Assembly: GCA_965649765.1 (NCBI GenBank)
Contig: OZ287753.1
Coordinates: forward strand, 72,664,001-72,728,000
Source of the DNA: Bispira polyomma
Taxonomy: Eukaryota
Length of the DNA: 64,000 nt
Direction of reading: 5' to 3'
Below the pieces are notes generated by a model, which did not search any database, was not told the DNA's origin, and worked only from the letters and a program-made list of their open reading frames with translations. The position numbers and the translations under genes were made by a program. Positions 48,544 to 62,602 of this stretch are shown here, piece by piece. The stretch's first letter is position 1. Each line of letters opens with the position of its first letter.

Positions 48544-48760
48544 GGGGCCATGGTGTTGCAGTGGTTAAAAGATCTTGTTTCACAATCACTAGCCTCTCAC
48601 TAATGTGAGTTTGAATCCAAGTTGTTTCTTCATGTGGGGACATTTGTCAGGCCATAGGTTGGTGGTTTACAGTGATTTAGAACTATTTGTTTCCACCATT
48701 GAATCTAGCCTGGCGAAATGACCTTAGTTGTTGAAACAACATAACACCTAACTAAATTCA
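48544..48760 (+). mobile_element. tRNA-derived SINE, diverged
   Basis: ggggccatggtg..gcagtggtt, ttcacaatcactagcctctcac, gagtttgaatcc, ttggtggttt...tttccacc. Confidence 0.65.
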
Positions 48761-48861
48761 ATTTTCAGAATGCTATACTACAAATTTTGTTACCAAATAC
48801 ATGAACATTCATTTGATATTTGTATAGGCAGACCATCATAACTTGCTTACTGCATAAGTTT

Positions 48862-49549
48862 TTATGTTCTACATTTCATAATCTGTCTGTACTGGTTATC
48901 AAACAATTGTACTACAAATTTATAGAAGTCATATTCCAAATGTATATCTTTCCGTTGTAATAAAATTTGCCTGACCTTTGGTGCCATAAGGTCTTTATGT
49001 TTGGTCTTGTTAACAACTTTTTTTGTCATGTCTGTGTAAACCTTAACTACACCATTGAAATACAATGGGAGGCTATATTCAATGACCTCCAGAAACTCCA
49101 TATACTTATCCATGTATCCAACAACTTTAAAGTGTTTCTGGACATTTCTCTTTGCTTGTATCAAAGCCTTCACGGATGGATGTATACACATTTTATCTTG
49201 ACCGCAAAAGAATGGAATCATTTGAAAAACGAACCTCCAATCAGTGCACTCAATATCTTTTTTCATGACACAGTCATTAAAATTCATGTTCTGTCTGGTG
49301 GAAACACTGTCATTCTTTAAAGAGGAAAACACTTTCCCAAACGGTCTTGGTATAAAATATTTATTGTCGCGTCTGTAATAATAGAATGATGCCAATCTCT
49401 CTATTGGATCTCTTACAATGTTGATGTACACAGGCTTAATGGTGTAGTTGTATTTTTGAAAATCAATGAAATGTAAATGCCCAAAGTAGATCCATGGCTC
49501 AGTGTGGTTTATGATTTCAGTCTTAACAGTATGATGTACTCCCTCAGTG
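48862..49549 (-). CDS. HS2ST/UST-family sulfotransferase, coding exon 3
   Basis: ctgtgtttcag|, phase 2; PWIYFGHLHFIDF, YINIVRDPIERLASFYYY (3'-PAPS motif), QMIPFFCG, AKRNV, LEYDFYKF; stop at 48862. Confidence 0.93.
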
Positions 49550-49896
49550 CTGAAACACAGAAATAGTTAAATAGAAAAGCTAACACTTGAAAATTAGAAC
49601 ACTCTCTTTCTTTAAAACTACAACTCATATATTTTTCCTAAAGTGATTCCAGTTTGATCTTACATTTTGGTGACAATTAGACTTTTTTTATCATACAAAT
49701 ATTGGTACTTATTTGACAAAATTAAGAACTTTGATCAGGGATAATTTTTAAGTTACATCTTTACTAAAATTACAAAATATCACATTTGTTATTAAAACAC
49801 CTTGGCTACAGCATTTCAGATTACATATACTCAGCTGCACTCCTGTTTCCACTTGATTTAACAATAAATATTTAAAATGAAGACTATGGTTCCTGC

Positions 49897-50117
49897 CTTA
49901 AATGGTATGGAACTGTTATATGTTGCTCTCTGTATCGCCTCTCCATCATGGTAAACTTATTACTGTTTTGTAAAGCAGATATAAGTCGTCGAAGTCCCAA
50001 ACTACCACACTTTGGTACCATGTTGTATATAAGCTCTGTTGACTGGTTGGTAAGAATCTCTTTTTTGGTATCACAAACTAATGCTGTAATGGAAGAATTC
50101 TTCTCAATACTTTTTAC
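49897..50117 (-). CDS. HS2ST/UST-family sulfotransferase, coding exon 2
   Basis: ctgtttgtag|; contains 5'-PAPS motif LIYNMVPKCGS; ends at AAG|GCAGGA in phase 2, just before an in-frame TAG; 221 bp. Confidence 0.88.
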
Positions 50118-51555
50118 CTACAAACAGAACATCAGTGGCCATATATTCTCTCCAAATATCAAGCTCCAACATAAAGTCCCCATACTTTGGCCAGCATGCA
50201 GTTAAACAACATCTGATTAAATATTTGCATCTAGTACTAAAAGCGGTTTTAACATAAATGGTTTGAAGTATAGGTTTTGTTTTTCAGAGGTACTTGTAGA
50301 TTGTCCTATTTAAATTGACTTCTTTTAAGTTTGTGTTACTGGGGCTAAATTAGATAAACATTTTCCTGTCCGTGTTCCATGGGCTCTGTTACTGATTGGA
50401 CGCCGTGAAAGAGGTTTGCCTATGATAAGACATGGGCCACTCAAACCATCATTGCAAACTATGCCATCGCCTGGAATTTTTTTTTTTTTTTTTTTGTTTA
50501 TTTTTTTTTTTTTTTGTGGGGAGAGGATATTACTTGAGGCTTATTTAGCAATTAAGGAAAGATACCCTGTATAGATAAAATGCATGTAAATACATGTTGT
50601 AAATATATTTTCTGTTTAAAAGTGACTGATAAGACTACACAGGTAAATGTATGCAATTATATGTTGTATAATAATATTGTTTTGTGTAGTGTCACTATAA
50701 TAAATGAAATCTTATGTCTTATGTTAAGAAATTGCATAAAGACGAATCTGAAATATTCCAACTAAATTCTAATTACTCAGGCAGCAACACAAATAAGCCA
50801 ATTACAAAAGAAGGTTTGTTCTGAATTGCACTTAAAGCAATATCATCAGACAAGATTAACTTTAAAGTATTCATCAACTACTTTTGCTTTCTTTTGCTTT
50901 CATATAACAACACAAAACATTAAAGAAAATGGACTTAAAAATTGAAGAAGTCATATGTAAACCCAATACCATTTAGAGGACAAATTATAAAATATTTTCA
51001 TATTTCATCTTGTCATTCACACAATATAATTCCCACCTGAGATACTTATACTGCATTAAATAATGTTAATTCACAAAATATAGTTCCGCCCTAAGATACT
51101 TGTTATATGTAAAATAATTATGAATTTAAACAATGCTTCAGAGAATTTAAGTCCACCTGCTGCTGCCAAAGAAAGAAAAAGTTACAGTGAGCGTTTTGCA
51201 TTAAAATATTCAAAAACATATTGTATTTACTTTTCTTACTATCACCAACACCATTATACACATTGACTCAAATCTTATAATACTGACCAGGCAATCTGTG
51301 TAATAAAGAACCACACATTTCAGTCATTATGCAAAATGACTAGTGGTTTTAGGCATTACACTAAATGACTTCATGAAAGTTTTAGTCATAACGCGTAATG
51401 ACTGGTTTTATACATTGACTGTAACATACATATATATACATATAAATATTGGGTACTAAGTCCAATTTAGGACAATTTGAAATTCCTCCAGAAGAAATTT
51501 CAATTGAAATAAACTAAATGGAGTTTATATGTGAATTATAAAATCCAAGACGTAC

Positions 51556-51681
51556 CAGTTTTGCAATCTGTTCACCAAGCTCCATATTGTAGGTTAAAAT
51601 ACGAGTCAGGCCGATGAGAGCAGATATGGAGACGAACACTACAAGTAGTTTCACAGGAGTTATTCTGATCATCTGATGCAT
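51556..51681 (-). CDS. HS2ST/UST-family sulfotransferase, coding exon 1 (type II membrane anchor)
   Basis: MHQMIRITPVKLLVVFVSISALIGLTRILTYNMELGEQIAKL|gtacgt; phase 0 matches exon 2. The start could be the second ATG. Confidence 0.8.
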
Positions 51682-53190
51682 CTTAACAAATATGAGATAC
51701 TTTTTAATTCAATTTATCAATTTATACAAGAGACAGTAAAAAGGCAACATTTCCATTGATGGCCAAATGTTTAGTGTTGCTTGCTCGTGATCAATACTCT
51801 TACTCTTGATGAATATTATTATCAAGAGACCATATGTTTTTATTCTTTGGTTGTGGATTTTAAGGCCTAATGTCCCGGTCACACCTCTGCGTTGTGCCGA
51901 TACGATAGTGCTACAATTTGAAACTATTTGCAACGTCACACAAAATGAGAGCTCCTTCCAATATCATAGCAATAAGTTTGCACTCATTGTACTTCTGGAT
52001 ACTTTATAGAAGGTGCTACGATTAATTCAAACTGTTTGAAATAATTGTTGTGGAAATGGTAGTCATGGTTGTTAAAAGGGTTTCAAGGGTATTTGTGATA
52101 GGATTTATTGAAAAGTAGTTGAATCGTTTCACAAAGTTTCAGTTCCTTAGTAGGAAAGGGATGCAACGTATGTGATTGTTGTCCAAAATCTTAAATTTAA
52201 GTCATATATTACGTTTTTTATTGCACGTAAGTCATGCTTTTGTGATGTATATATGCCTTTGTGTCAAGTGTTACCCCATTGTTCTTATTAATGGTAACAT
52301 AAGTGCTACGTTTATTGACACATTACCTCTACTTACCACTATTTAGTAATACGTACAGCAAAGAATCGATACATTATGCCTTATACTGCCACAAACTGCT
52401 ATGCAGTGGTCTGCTGCCTTGTGAAGTCATTTTTGCTTGTTTTTTTTTAGGCAGGCAGTGTATAGATTTTGATAGAGACAGAGATTTGATAGAGACAGGT
52501 AATAATTTTTAGTGTGAATCGAAAAGTGTTAAAACGTTGAAAAGGAGATCGTACGTTCATCGGGAACCATAGACTTTACCCTACAATGTATGTGTAGGTG
52601 TGACTGGACCATTAGTAATGTTAACAAACAAATGCATAAAAAAACGTAAACATCCCCTGTTGTCGAGTGAAATAGTTTAAAGTGACATGAACTTACATTT
52701 TCCACCCTCACTATTCCCAAGAGATCAGGTCAGTGTGTAAATAAGATCATTTAAAGAGTCAAGCGTGTCTAGTGATAACCCACAGTTGGAAGATAAATGA
52801 AATCTTATGCACTGTTAGTGATGCATACATACACCTAACCAACTGATTCATTGCCTTAATCTTCCTGTGTTTTAGTCTTTAACTCCATTTTAGTGAGTGT
52901 AATCATGTATTTTACATGTGCTATACAGGTTAAATTTTAATATGTTTATGTGCACGTTAAGCTTACCTTAGTTTTTATTCCTAATATTACTCACTTAAGG
53001 TTCATTATTTAAATGGACCCCTGAGGTAGGGTAACTTTAACAACTCAAAACTTAACTTTATATAAACTGGACCCTCAAAGTAGAGTCACCTTAATCCAAA
53101 AACTTAACTTGTACAAAAAATAATTTAAAATGACCCTAACTTATATCAGTGTTATGTAAGCTTGAAGAATATTGTATAATGGAATCAAGA

Positions 53191-53194
<4 letters not shown>

Positions 53195-53261
<67 letters not shown>
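53195..53261. repeat. (TA)n microsatellite
   Basis: Direct observation. Confidence 0.97.
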
Positions 53262-53265
<4 letters not shown>

Positions 53266-55221
53266 GGGACTGGAACACACATGCGCCATTCTTGTAAGCC
53301 TAGGGAATCCTGATCAAAAGGGTGGTCATGAGTTCAGACAGTTGAATAAATTATGAAAATCTGGATTACAATTAGACAAGATACAGTGAAAAAGCAATAT
53401 TTTTCGATGGTCAAATATTAAAAAAGAATTTTTAAACTTTTCAAGCTTGTACTTTACTCTCGCCATTTCTGGACAGGAGCTGCTACCCATGTTGAATAAG
53501 ATGAGTATCTTTACTTAAATTTGTAAATTTAGTCAAATAACTTCAGTTCTTGAATCTTATATTTGAACTGCATTAAAGTATTAGTATATATATCAAGATA
53601 TCTAGCGGTATATTCTGTGTCACCATATACTGGGGATCAATATTTAAGTAATTAACAGCTGGTACATCAATTCAGGAAAATTGGCTAATTGTAAAATGCT
53701 AGAACACAAATGCTACAGTATTCAAAAATGTTTGTAAAGTTCGTCAATAATCTCAAATCTTGCAAACATCTGTTTCAAACTAATCCGCTGCAGGCTACAC
53801 TTCAATTATTCTGTTACAAAAACACATTATAGAAACAAATGGTTAGGTACCAAATGACGATCTCATGTCAATGTAGGTGTGAATTTGTGCAAACAAAAGT
53901 CAACAAATATTAAGCTATAATCATTGTGATACATTGTGTACATAATATGCAAGTATATCTTGAGTTAAGATAACCTCAATATTATTTTCCCAATTGGTGT
54001 TTTGAATTTTCACAATATACAGTGACATTTTGAAGCTACTTGTCATTATTGTGTATTAATGTTCTTGGCTCTCGAACTTTTACAAGTAATTACAGAGTTT
54101 TGTTTCTGTATCAATACCAATATTTAATACCATAAATACACCTATATTATATCACACCAATATGAAAAAAATCGGAAGTGAAATCTGCAGTTATTAGGTT
54201 ACCTGACAAAATCGCCAACATAATCTTGTTAATGTCAGAGAGATTCGATAAAAGAACATTTAATCGAGCAGTTAGCCTGGGTCATTTTACAGTGACAAGA
54301 AATCCTGATCTATTGTTTAATTGGAACATTTCAAAGATAAGCCTTTAGCCACATCCACATCGAGAGGCCATATTCACAAAGATTCTTATTCCTAAAATTA
54401 CAGTTATTCTTGGAATTATTCTTAGACTTACAAATTTCTGACAAAACTTTTAAGAATAACACTTGTCAAATTTGTCAGTTTTATTCCTATCACATATTTT
54501 TGGAGAAAAAGTATATATTTTGACTGAGGCAAAATCTGACAATGGTACAAATATGGTGTCTTCTTTGAAAATTTTGTGGAAAAGTTAGTTGTAGCAGTAG
54601 TCGTATTGAAGGTAGGTGGTTCGGGTAGCAGAAAAGAGCTGTTCTCTGGTTTTTCTTCACCAGTTAACTGCCCGTTTTGATATGAACAAAATGCGAATCC
54701 CAAACTAAACATTTGTAAAAATGGATATGGAAACCCATTTATGGAATTGTATTGAGATTTTTAGTTTTGAATTTTTAAAATATATTGAATTATTTTTCAG
54801 CATTCACAAAATGTTAAATATCATTAAATATAGGAACTTGGAATGCAATACGAGTATCTTGAGCTTATAGGAAACCAGGATCAGGGATGCACTGATAGGT
54901 TTGATATTGAGTTTAAGGTCAAACTAGGGTCATAAAAAATAATAAAAAAAGAAGCTTAAATATCTTTTTTTCTGATATATACAGAAAAATATGGTGAAGA
55001 TAATCTTTTGACCTTGATTTGTTATGACCACTACTTTATTTTTTTAAAAATAGAGTTAAAATATTATATTTTCATCAAAAGCATTTTACTGTTCACTAAT
55101 TGTAGATGCAAATTTTCATTATTTTGACTCTGTCTTCTATCTTCCCTTTGTCTTATTCTTTGCTAGGAGTTCATTGCAAATTTTTGGAAGTATAATTATA
55201 AAAAAGATATGGCTGGCCCTA

Positions 55222-55330
55222 ACAATAATAATAATGCATTTTTAACGTGCTTTATTGATGCCAGGCATCTTCTAAAGCGCAACAGCAGAATCAGTGATCC
55301 AATCGTAAAGTCTATGGGCATAGCAATGGC
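55222..55330 (-). mobile_element. L2 3'-tail fragment
   Basis: Reverse complement of 45080-45180. Confidence 0.75.
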
Positions 55331-55860
55331 CTCTTTAAAAGCAAATATTAAAATTATAAGAAGAATGTATTCCAATTTTTTCATTGCGAGAAAACAGATA
55401 AGAGCCTTTTATGACAACATAGCTTCATAATTTAAAAAAATTAATTTTGGACGGCCCTGAAAAGGGCCTGAGATTTCTTCTGGCACTGAAAGTGACTTTG
55501 ATTTCTTTACTAGTTATCTTTCCAGATCATCATATCATGTCATTCTGCCATTGCAATCTCTGCTTTAATGCTTTATGTATAACCTCTGCCCCTTGGCCAT
55601 TTGTGTGTCCCTTTTATCCGATATGACATTATCCTTCATCCATGTCCAGCAGGTTGATCCCCTTATATTCTTTATCTTCTCTTTCTCTTCTCTACTAGGT
55701 GTAGCACTGATTATTTGTTGTAATTCCTTGTATCTAACTTCTCTATCTAATTTAACTCGTGAAATTGCATTATCCGGCCATGCAAAATTGTTATATCTTT
55801 TAAAACTAAAATTTTGTGTCTGTCCCCAATAATTTCATGTCTTTTGCTTAACAAGATCGG

Positions 55861-56058
55861 TTGTTACAACCGATAATGTATCAAAAATCCATAATGTATC
55901 ATTATCTCGCCAATAATGTATCTCGCCAATAATGTATCATAGGTTGACAAATAATGTTTCAACTCACCTACCCGATAATGTTACAACCGTTAACTGATAA
56001 TGTATTAAATATCACCACGCGAATAATGTATCAACACATCAACTAATAATGTATCAAT
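55861..56058. repeat. Array of ataatgtatc motifs, probably a transposon subterminal region
   Basis: About nine ataatgt(a/t) copies following tgttaca. Confidence 0.6.
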
Positions 56059-57559
56059 GAGCAAACTTTGCAATATTATTTTAATTTTCGTTTAATTACA
56101 TGCAAATGTATGGAGGGTGTGGGTAAAGGTTGTGTAAATGTAATAGGTAAAGAGAAAATGTGTCCTGCAGGCCCCCATTAAACATACCTAAAAGTAAGTA
56201 AATAAGTAAGTTGTGCCAAGTGACTTCATTTCAGCCTGTTCTAAATAGATTCAGGAATCTTTAGGTGATATAAAGAGTTCTGGATATATTAACTTCAAGA
56301 TTGATACAGGATTCTTCAAGGAGGGGAATAAATAGGTAAAAATTAATACTTTAAAATAGTAGTGAAACAATGACATTCATTAATTATGTTATAATCAGGC
56401 TCCTACCATTACAACACAGTTCAATAGACCCACAAATGTGGTGTTATACCAAATTCCACGAAAACGTTTAAGGTGTGATGTTTCCCAGGAATTATCTTTG
56501 TCAGGGCCTTTATTCAATTGATTAATAAATGAGATATGTTATAGAAGTCCAAGATATATATTATGATAATAAATCTTTAGGATTACTTCACAGCCTGGCC
56601 TGCTACTATATTAGTCCCATGCAAAGCAATAGAAGTTAGCTATGAAAAGCAATTAAACTTAATGCAAAGCTTTGAATAGTGTAAAACTTCTACAACAGAA
56701 ACAGTGTAAAATCACAGATGTTACATATTAATTATGGAATATATTTAATATGCATATGTTATACTAAGCCATTATTCCTTATTGATCATTACAGCATTGG
56801 TCATTACACCAATAAAACAGGATGGTACAATGTATTATAAAAAGAGTTCAATAAATATATTTTTCCATTGAATTCCTCAAATTTTATTAACTTGTTTATG
56901 TTACTGAGTTTTAAAGCAACAGCACACATTATTGAGGGTATGCGGAAAACAGTAGCATTACCCTATCAGTTAAAAGGGAGTAAAACAGTATTTACACCAA
57001 CTGGCCTAAAACCAAAGTGCACTTTCAGATGGCCAGCTTTTATGTTTAATGTACAAAAAGTTTAGGTTAGCTCATCTGCTAGACTTTATGCTAATTTTTA
57101 AAAGTGGGCCCATTAGTGGTGAAGTGCAGAAGGTAGAACGCTGCAAAAAAAAAAAAAAAAATTCCACACCCTGCTACTTTCTCTTAAACTTGATTTATGG
57201 CTCACTATGAATAATATAGACAAATCGGTGAAGAGAGGGTCCATGGATTTCCTTAAAATGCACAGAATTTAAAATCCAGATAGATGCTATTGCAATATGT
57301 CCAGACTTGAGATTCAGTCCAAAACCAATCTCAAGCAAGCTATTACCAAGACCAGCTCATATATTTAATTGTGTGATGATAGAAAAGTTTTCTTTACACA
57401 ATAGTAATCAAGTCAAATACGAAATTAAAGGTAGATAATTTTAAATCATGTAAAAAATATATTTCTAAAGTCTTAAGACTGTTTTAAATTATACTTATTT
57501 TATGTATTGCCTTTGGTAATATTGTAGTCTTCAACGTACTGGTTCAATGGGGACTACTT

Positions 57560-58022
57560 TTAAGGCCAAGTTTGAAATGTTTGTAATACTGATATTGATT
57601 CTACAATGAAATTAATGCTACTTAGTAATAAAGCTGTGTCATCTGCTAATGGACATATTTTGCATACTGTATTATTTACCTTTATCCCTATTAAATTTTT
57701 GTTGCTCCTAATTGTTAGAGAAACAATCTCTGCAATCAGTATAAACAAAAGTGCTAAAATTGGACATCCCTGTCTTATACCCCTACTTGGTTTAAAATAC
57801 TGCGAAAAACCCATTGTTACTGACACATGATCCTATGTCTGAATAAAGTGTTTTGATCCATTTAAAAAAATTGGTTCAAAGTTAAAATATTTCAAAGATC
57901 GAAAAAAGAAATGGCCATTCAATATTATCAAAAGCTTTTTTAAAATCAATTAGTAAAATTTACCTGGATGCTGTTTCAAATCTGCATATGACAAAATGTC
58001 TTGAATAATTCTTGCATTTCCT
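57560..58022 (-). mobile_element. L1/Tx1-clade LINE RT fragment
   Basis: IDFKKAFDNIEW, RGIRQGCPILALLFILIAE, LADDT. Confidence 0.85.
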
Positions 58023-58129
58023 TCTATATATCTATTTTAATGTAACCTGGTTGATCAGGGTTTACTAAACATAGTATTAAATTTTGCAACCTTTCAAAAA
58101 AATTGTTATTGTTTTTGTTGTTGTTGAAA

Positions 58130-59519
58130 ACATGCAAGTGTGGTATATACATACGTAAGATACACATAATACATGCAAGTGTGGTATATACATACATAAG
58201 ATAGATATAAGACATGCAAGTGTGGTATATACATACATAAGATACATATAATACATGCAAGTGTGGTATATACATACATAAGATACATATAATACATGCA
58301 AGTGTGGTATATACATACATAAGATAGATATAATACATGCAAGTGTGGTATATACATACATAAGATAGATATAATACATGCAAGTGTGGTATATACATAC
58401 ATAAGATAGATATAATACATGCAAGTGTGGTATATACATACATAAGATAGATACAATACATACAAGTGTGGTATATACATACATAAGATAGATATAATAC
58501 ATGCAAGTGTGGTATATACATACATAAGATACATATAATACATGCAAGTGTGGTATATACATACATAAGATACATAAAATACATGCAAGTGTGGTATATA
58601 CATACATAAGATAGATATAATACATGCAAGTGTGGTATATACATACATAAGATACATAAAATACATGCAAGTGTGGTATATACATACATAAGATAGATAT
58701 AATACATGCAAGTGTGGTATATACATACATAAGATACATATAATACATGCAAGTGTGGTATATACATACATAAGATACATATAATACATGCAAGTGTGGT
58801 ATATACATACATAAGATACATAAAATACATGCAAGTGTGGTATATACATACATAAGATAGATATAATACATGCAAGTGTGGTATATACATACATAAGATA
58901 CATAAAATACATGCAAGTGTGGTATATACATACATAAGATAGATATAATACATGCAAGTGTGGTATATACATACATAAGATACATATAATACATGCAAGT
59001 GTGGTATATACATACATAAGATAGATATAATACATGCAAGTGTGGTATATACATACATAAGATAGATATAATACATGCAAGTGTGGTATATACATACATA
59101 AGATACATATAATACATGCAAGTGTGGTATATACATACATAAGATACATATAATACATGCAAGTGTGGTATATACATACATAAGATACATATAATACATG
59201 CAAGTGTGGTATATACATACATAAGATAGATATAATACATGCATGTGTGGTATATACATACATAAGATACATATAATACATGCAAGTGTGGTATATACAT
59301 ACATAAGATAGATATAATACATGCAAGTGTGGTATATACATACATAAGATACATATAATACATGCAAGTGTGGTATATACATACATAAGATACATATAAT
59401 ACATGCAAGTGTGGTATATACATACATAAGATACACATAATACATGCAAGTGTGATATATACATACATAAGATGCACATAATACATGCAAGTGTGGTATA
59501 TACATACATAAGATACACA
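58130..59519. repeat. 41-bp minisatellite, about 34 copies (acatgcaagtgtggtatatacatacataagatagatataat)
   Basis: Units at 58171, 58212, 58253 and on; highly homogeneous. Confidence 0.97.
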
Positions 59520-59619
59520 AAATCCAATAAACCGATTATAAACCACAATTTTTTTTACAAAAATATAAACCTATTAGATAATATGCATAACTTGCTGTGA
59601 TTTCATTGATTATTAATTA

Positions 59620-61420
59620 CATTTACATGTACAAAATACTGATAAAATCTTGTCTTTACTTATAACTTTCTAATAATATTTTTTCAGTTCAATACGCAAT
59701 TCCCTGTCACATCTTTTAATGTTCTCAGGCCACAAAAAACTTATTTTATAAGCCTCTAATTTCAATTTCGCCATTCTTAATAAACTTTTAAAGATTATTG
59801 TTAGTCTTAGTGTTATTAATAAACCATTTTCCCAACAAGATAATCAGATTTTGGATTTCATTAGTTTATTTTTCTCAATTGTTTGTCATTTACCCCAAGA
59901 CCAAACAAAATTTTACAGACAAAATATTCACAAAGGTCATTTATATTCATAACCTTGTTGATCCACATCTTTGTTTTCCCCAAAAAAGACTTTAGAATTA
60001 GTACAGTAATATTGACGATGTTCAATGGTGTCATTTAATCCGCAATAGTTTCATAATGAGCTGGGTACAATCTTTCACTCATTGTTGTTTCTAATATAAA
60101 TAGCCATAATTTCTGCAACTAGTATGAATAAAAGAGCTGATATTGGACATCCTTGCTTCTAATTAACTGAAAGTAGTTTAAAAAGTATCCATTATTACTG
60201 GCACACGATTGTATATCTGTGTGCACTAATTTGATCCATTTTCAGAAGTTCGGTCCAAAATTGAAGGCTTCCAGTGTCTTGGAAAAGGAATGACCACTCA
60301 ACGCTGTCAATGGCTTTTTTCAAAATCAAGTAAGACTATATGTATACCGGTATATGTTTCAAAGCTGTATAAGACATTATGTCTTCGATAATTCTGACAT
60401 TTTCACCTGTCCATCTTTCTTTAATATAACCCACTTGATAAGTTTAAACCAATTTTGATAGTACCAATTGTAATCTATTAACGAGAGCCTTATTTCTAAT
60501 GTTATAATCTGTGTTCAAAAGGCTTACTGGCCTCTAGTGTTTCAAATACCATAATTCTTAAATGGTGGTTCCACATTGCCAATTTGGTTCCCGACCTTCC
60601 CAATTTTGAGGTCCGGGTGTCCAGAGAGGTCTGGGGGCAAAAACGGGGCGAAAGTATAGGTCAGGAAGGATATCAAACTTTAGTTTGCTTTTGGTATAAA
60701 CTTCAAAATGATTTGTCGGTGATAATTTGACAAGAGAATATTGTCAAAAGAATATTCAAAGCTATCACTATCAAACAACATAATTTTTATGTACGGCCAA
60801 AAATTAAAAGATTAATGTTAGATTAAATCCATCATTGCCAGCAGATTTGCCATTTTAACTGCTTCAGGGCTTTTGGTATTTCTTCTATTTCCAAATTGGT
60901 CTCACAAATTTCTTTATCTAAATTTCTTTTTGCATTGGTTTAAAAATTCTTCATGCATTTATATATTGTCAGAGGTTTTGTGGAATATAAGTCATGATAA
61001 AAATTCTTTTGCATCCTATTAGCTAATGCTTTTGTCACTATTTAACAGACTTACTGACCTCCAGTTTTTTAATAAGCATAAACTTTTACCTTGTTTAGGT
61101 ATAAGTTTGAAGATACCTCTCTTTTGATCATTCGCCAGTGTGCCCATTTCAAAGGAATATTTATAACTATTAAATAATAGTTATTTTCTATCTGGCCAGA
61201 AAAATTAATAAAAATTTATTGTAAATCCATCGCTTCCAGGCGTTTGATCATTCTGTAGTTGTTTAAAGGCTTTCCCAATTTCTTCTAGACTTAAACATAT
61301 ATTTTTGTCCAATTCGCTCAGCTGCGGAATTTTACCATTATCTGAGAAATCTTTATTATCTTGATCATCATTAACTTTGGAAGAATATAAATTATGATAA
61401 TATCTTCTTAGTCCTAAGTT
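59620..61420 (-). mobile_element. Fragmented L1/Tx1-clade LINE ORF2
   Basis: EEIGKAFKQLQNDQTPGSDGFTINFY (about 61215-61290), RPVSLLNTDY, AIDSVEW, QGCPISALLFILVAEIMA (60060-60540). Confidence 0.75.
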
Positions 61421-61499
61421 TAAAAATATTTTGAATAAATGAGGGGAGAGACCAAGGGATATGGTACATCAAGAGAGGGGACTTTAAAAAGGTGGGTAT

Positions 61500-61740
61500 G
61501 AACAACCAAGTGATATACTGAGTCAAGAGAAGGGACTCTATAGCACAGGTATAAATAACCAAGTGATATACTGAGTCAACAGAGGGGACTCTATAGCACA
61601 GGTATAAATAACCAAGTGATATACTGAGCCAACAGAGGGGACTCTATAACACAGGTATGAATAACCAAGTGATATACTGAGTCAAGAGAGGGGGACGTTG
61701 TAACACAGGTATAAAGAACCAAGTGATATACTGAGCTGAT
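61500..61740. repeat. ~53-bp tandem repeat, about 4.5 copies
   Basis: aaccaagtgatatactgag at about 61504, 61557, 61610, 61663, 61717. Confidence 0.9.
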
Positions 61741-62389
61741 ATATGATATTTTGTGACAAGGGTATGATCTCCGTAAAAAGGGTTTGAGCAGTACTCATAA
61801 GCAGTGTTCAGAAGAATTACCATCATAGTTCAAAGAGAGAAACTAATGTGACTTAACCAGTTGAAATATTGAAGGATTATTTAGAATATCAGGCTCTTTG
61901 ACAGCTCAGTGTGGTTTTCTTATTTTGAGACCAAAGTGATAGCTGTGTATTCGCCTGGATGTCAACTACTGAGGTCAGTGTATATAAGTGGATGAACCCA
62001 TGACTTTCCTTCCAGCATGCATGCCAAATACCGGCAGCAGAGAGTGGATTTGTACCTCTATGATCATAGCACTGCAAGGTGCTGTCAGTACTCGAGATAT
62101 GGAAGGTGTATTTAGGGACATTGACATCAGTCGTGAGTACATTCCAGGTGTGGAACAGTAAAAAGGTGCATGTAGCTGCATGTATTTCACACATTCAACC
62201 AACCAACAATCTTGCATTTCTTCTGCCTGGAGTGGGGTAAGGTATTCTGATTATTTACAAACATCCAGCCTATGTCAGATGCCAGGTGTCTTTGGATATG
62301 ATACCTCCTTTACTGGGACTTTACGGATTCATTACATACTATTAGAAGAGCCAAGAAGATTTTAAACATAGAGGGAGAGTTTATTGCTA

Positions 62390-62602
62390 CACGGGCGGTC
62401 ACAATACCGGTCGGGTCACAATACCGTCTGTTGCATATTAAAATACTTTACTGATGGAAATTAATACTCAAAACACATGCTACTTCATGTCTATCAATTA
62501 AAGTACAGAATACTTTATTTTATTTTGAATAAATCTACGTTTTAAGCTTTAAAATGTGCGTCGAACGGTATTGTGACCCGACCGGTATTGTGACCGCCTG
62601 TG
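62390..62602. mobile_element. Tc1/mariner-type MITE, intact
   Basis: TIR cacgggcggtcacaataccggtcgggtcacaataccgt / acggtattgtgacccgaccggtattgtgaccgcctgtg; TA on both sides. Confidence 0.9.

Noticed and set aside
58130-59519. CRISPR-like appearance of this and other regular arrays (also 39184, 41914, 61500)
   Set aside because: Head-to-tail units with no unique spacers, no cas genes, eukaryotic context.
58024-59548. Three 480-498 aa Cys/Tyr/Met-rich ORFs on the - strand
   Set aside because: Artefact of a 41-bp minisatellite with no minus-strand stops; all three frames give the same cyclic peptide.
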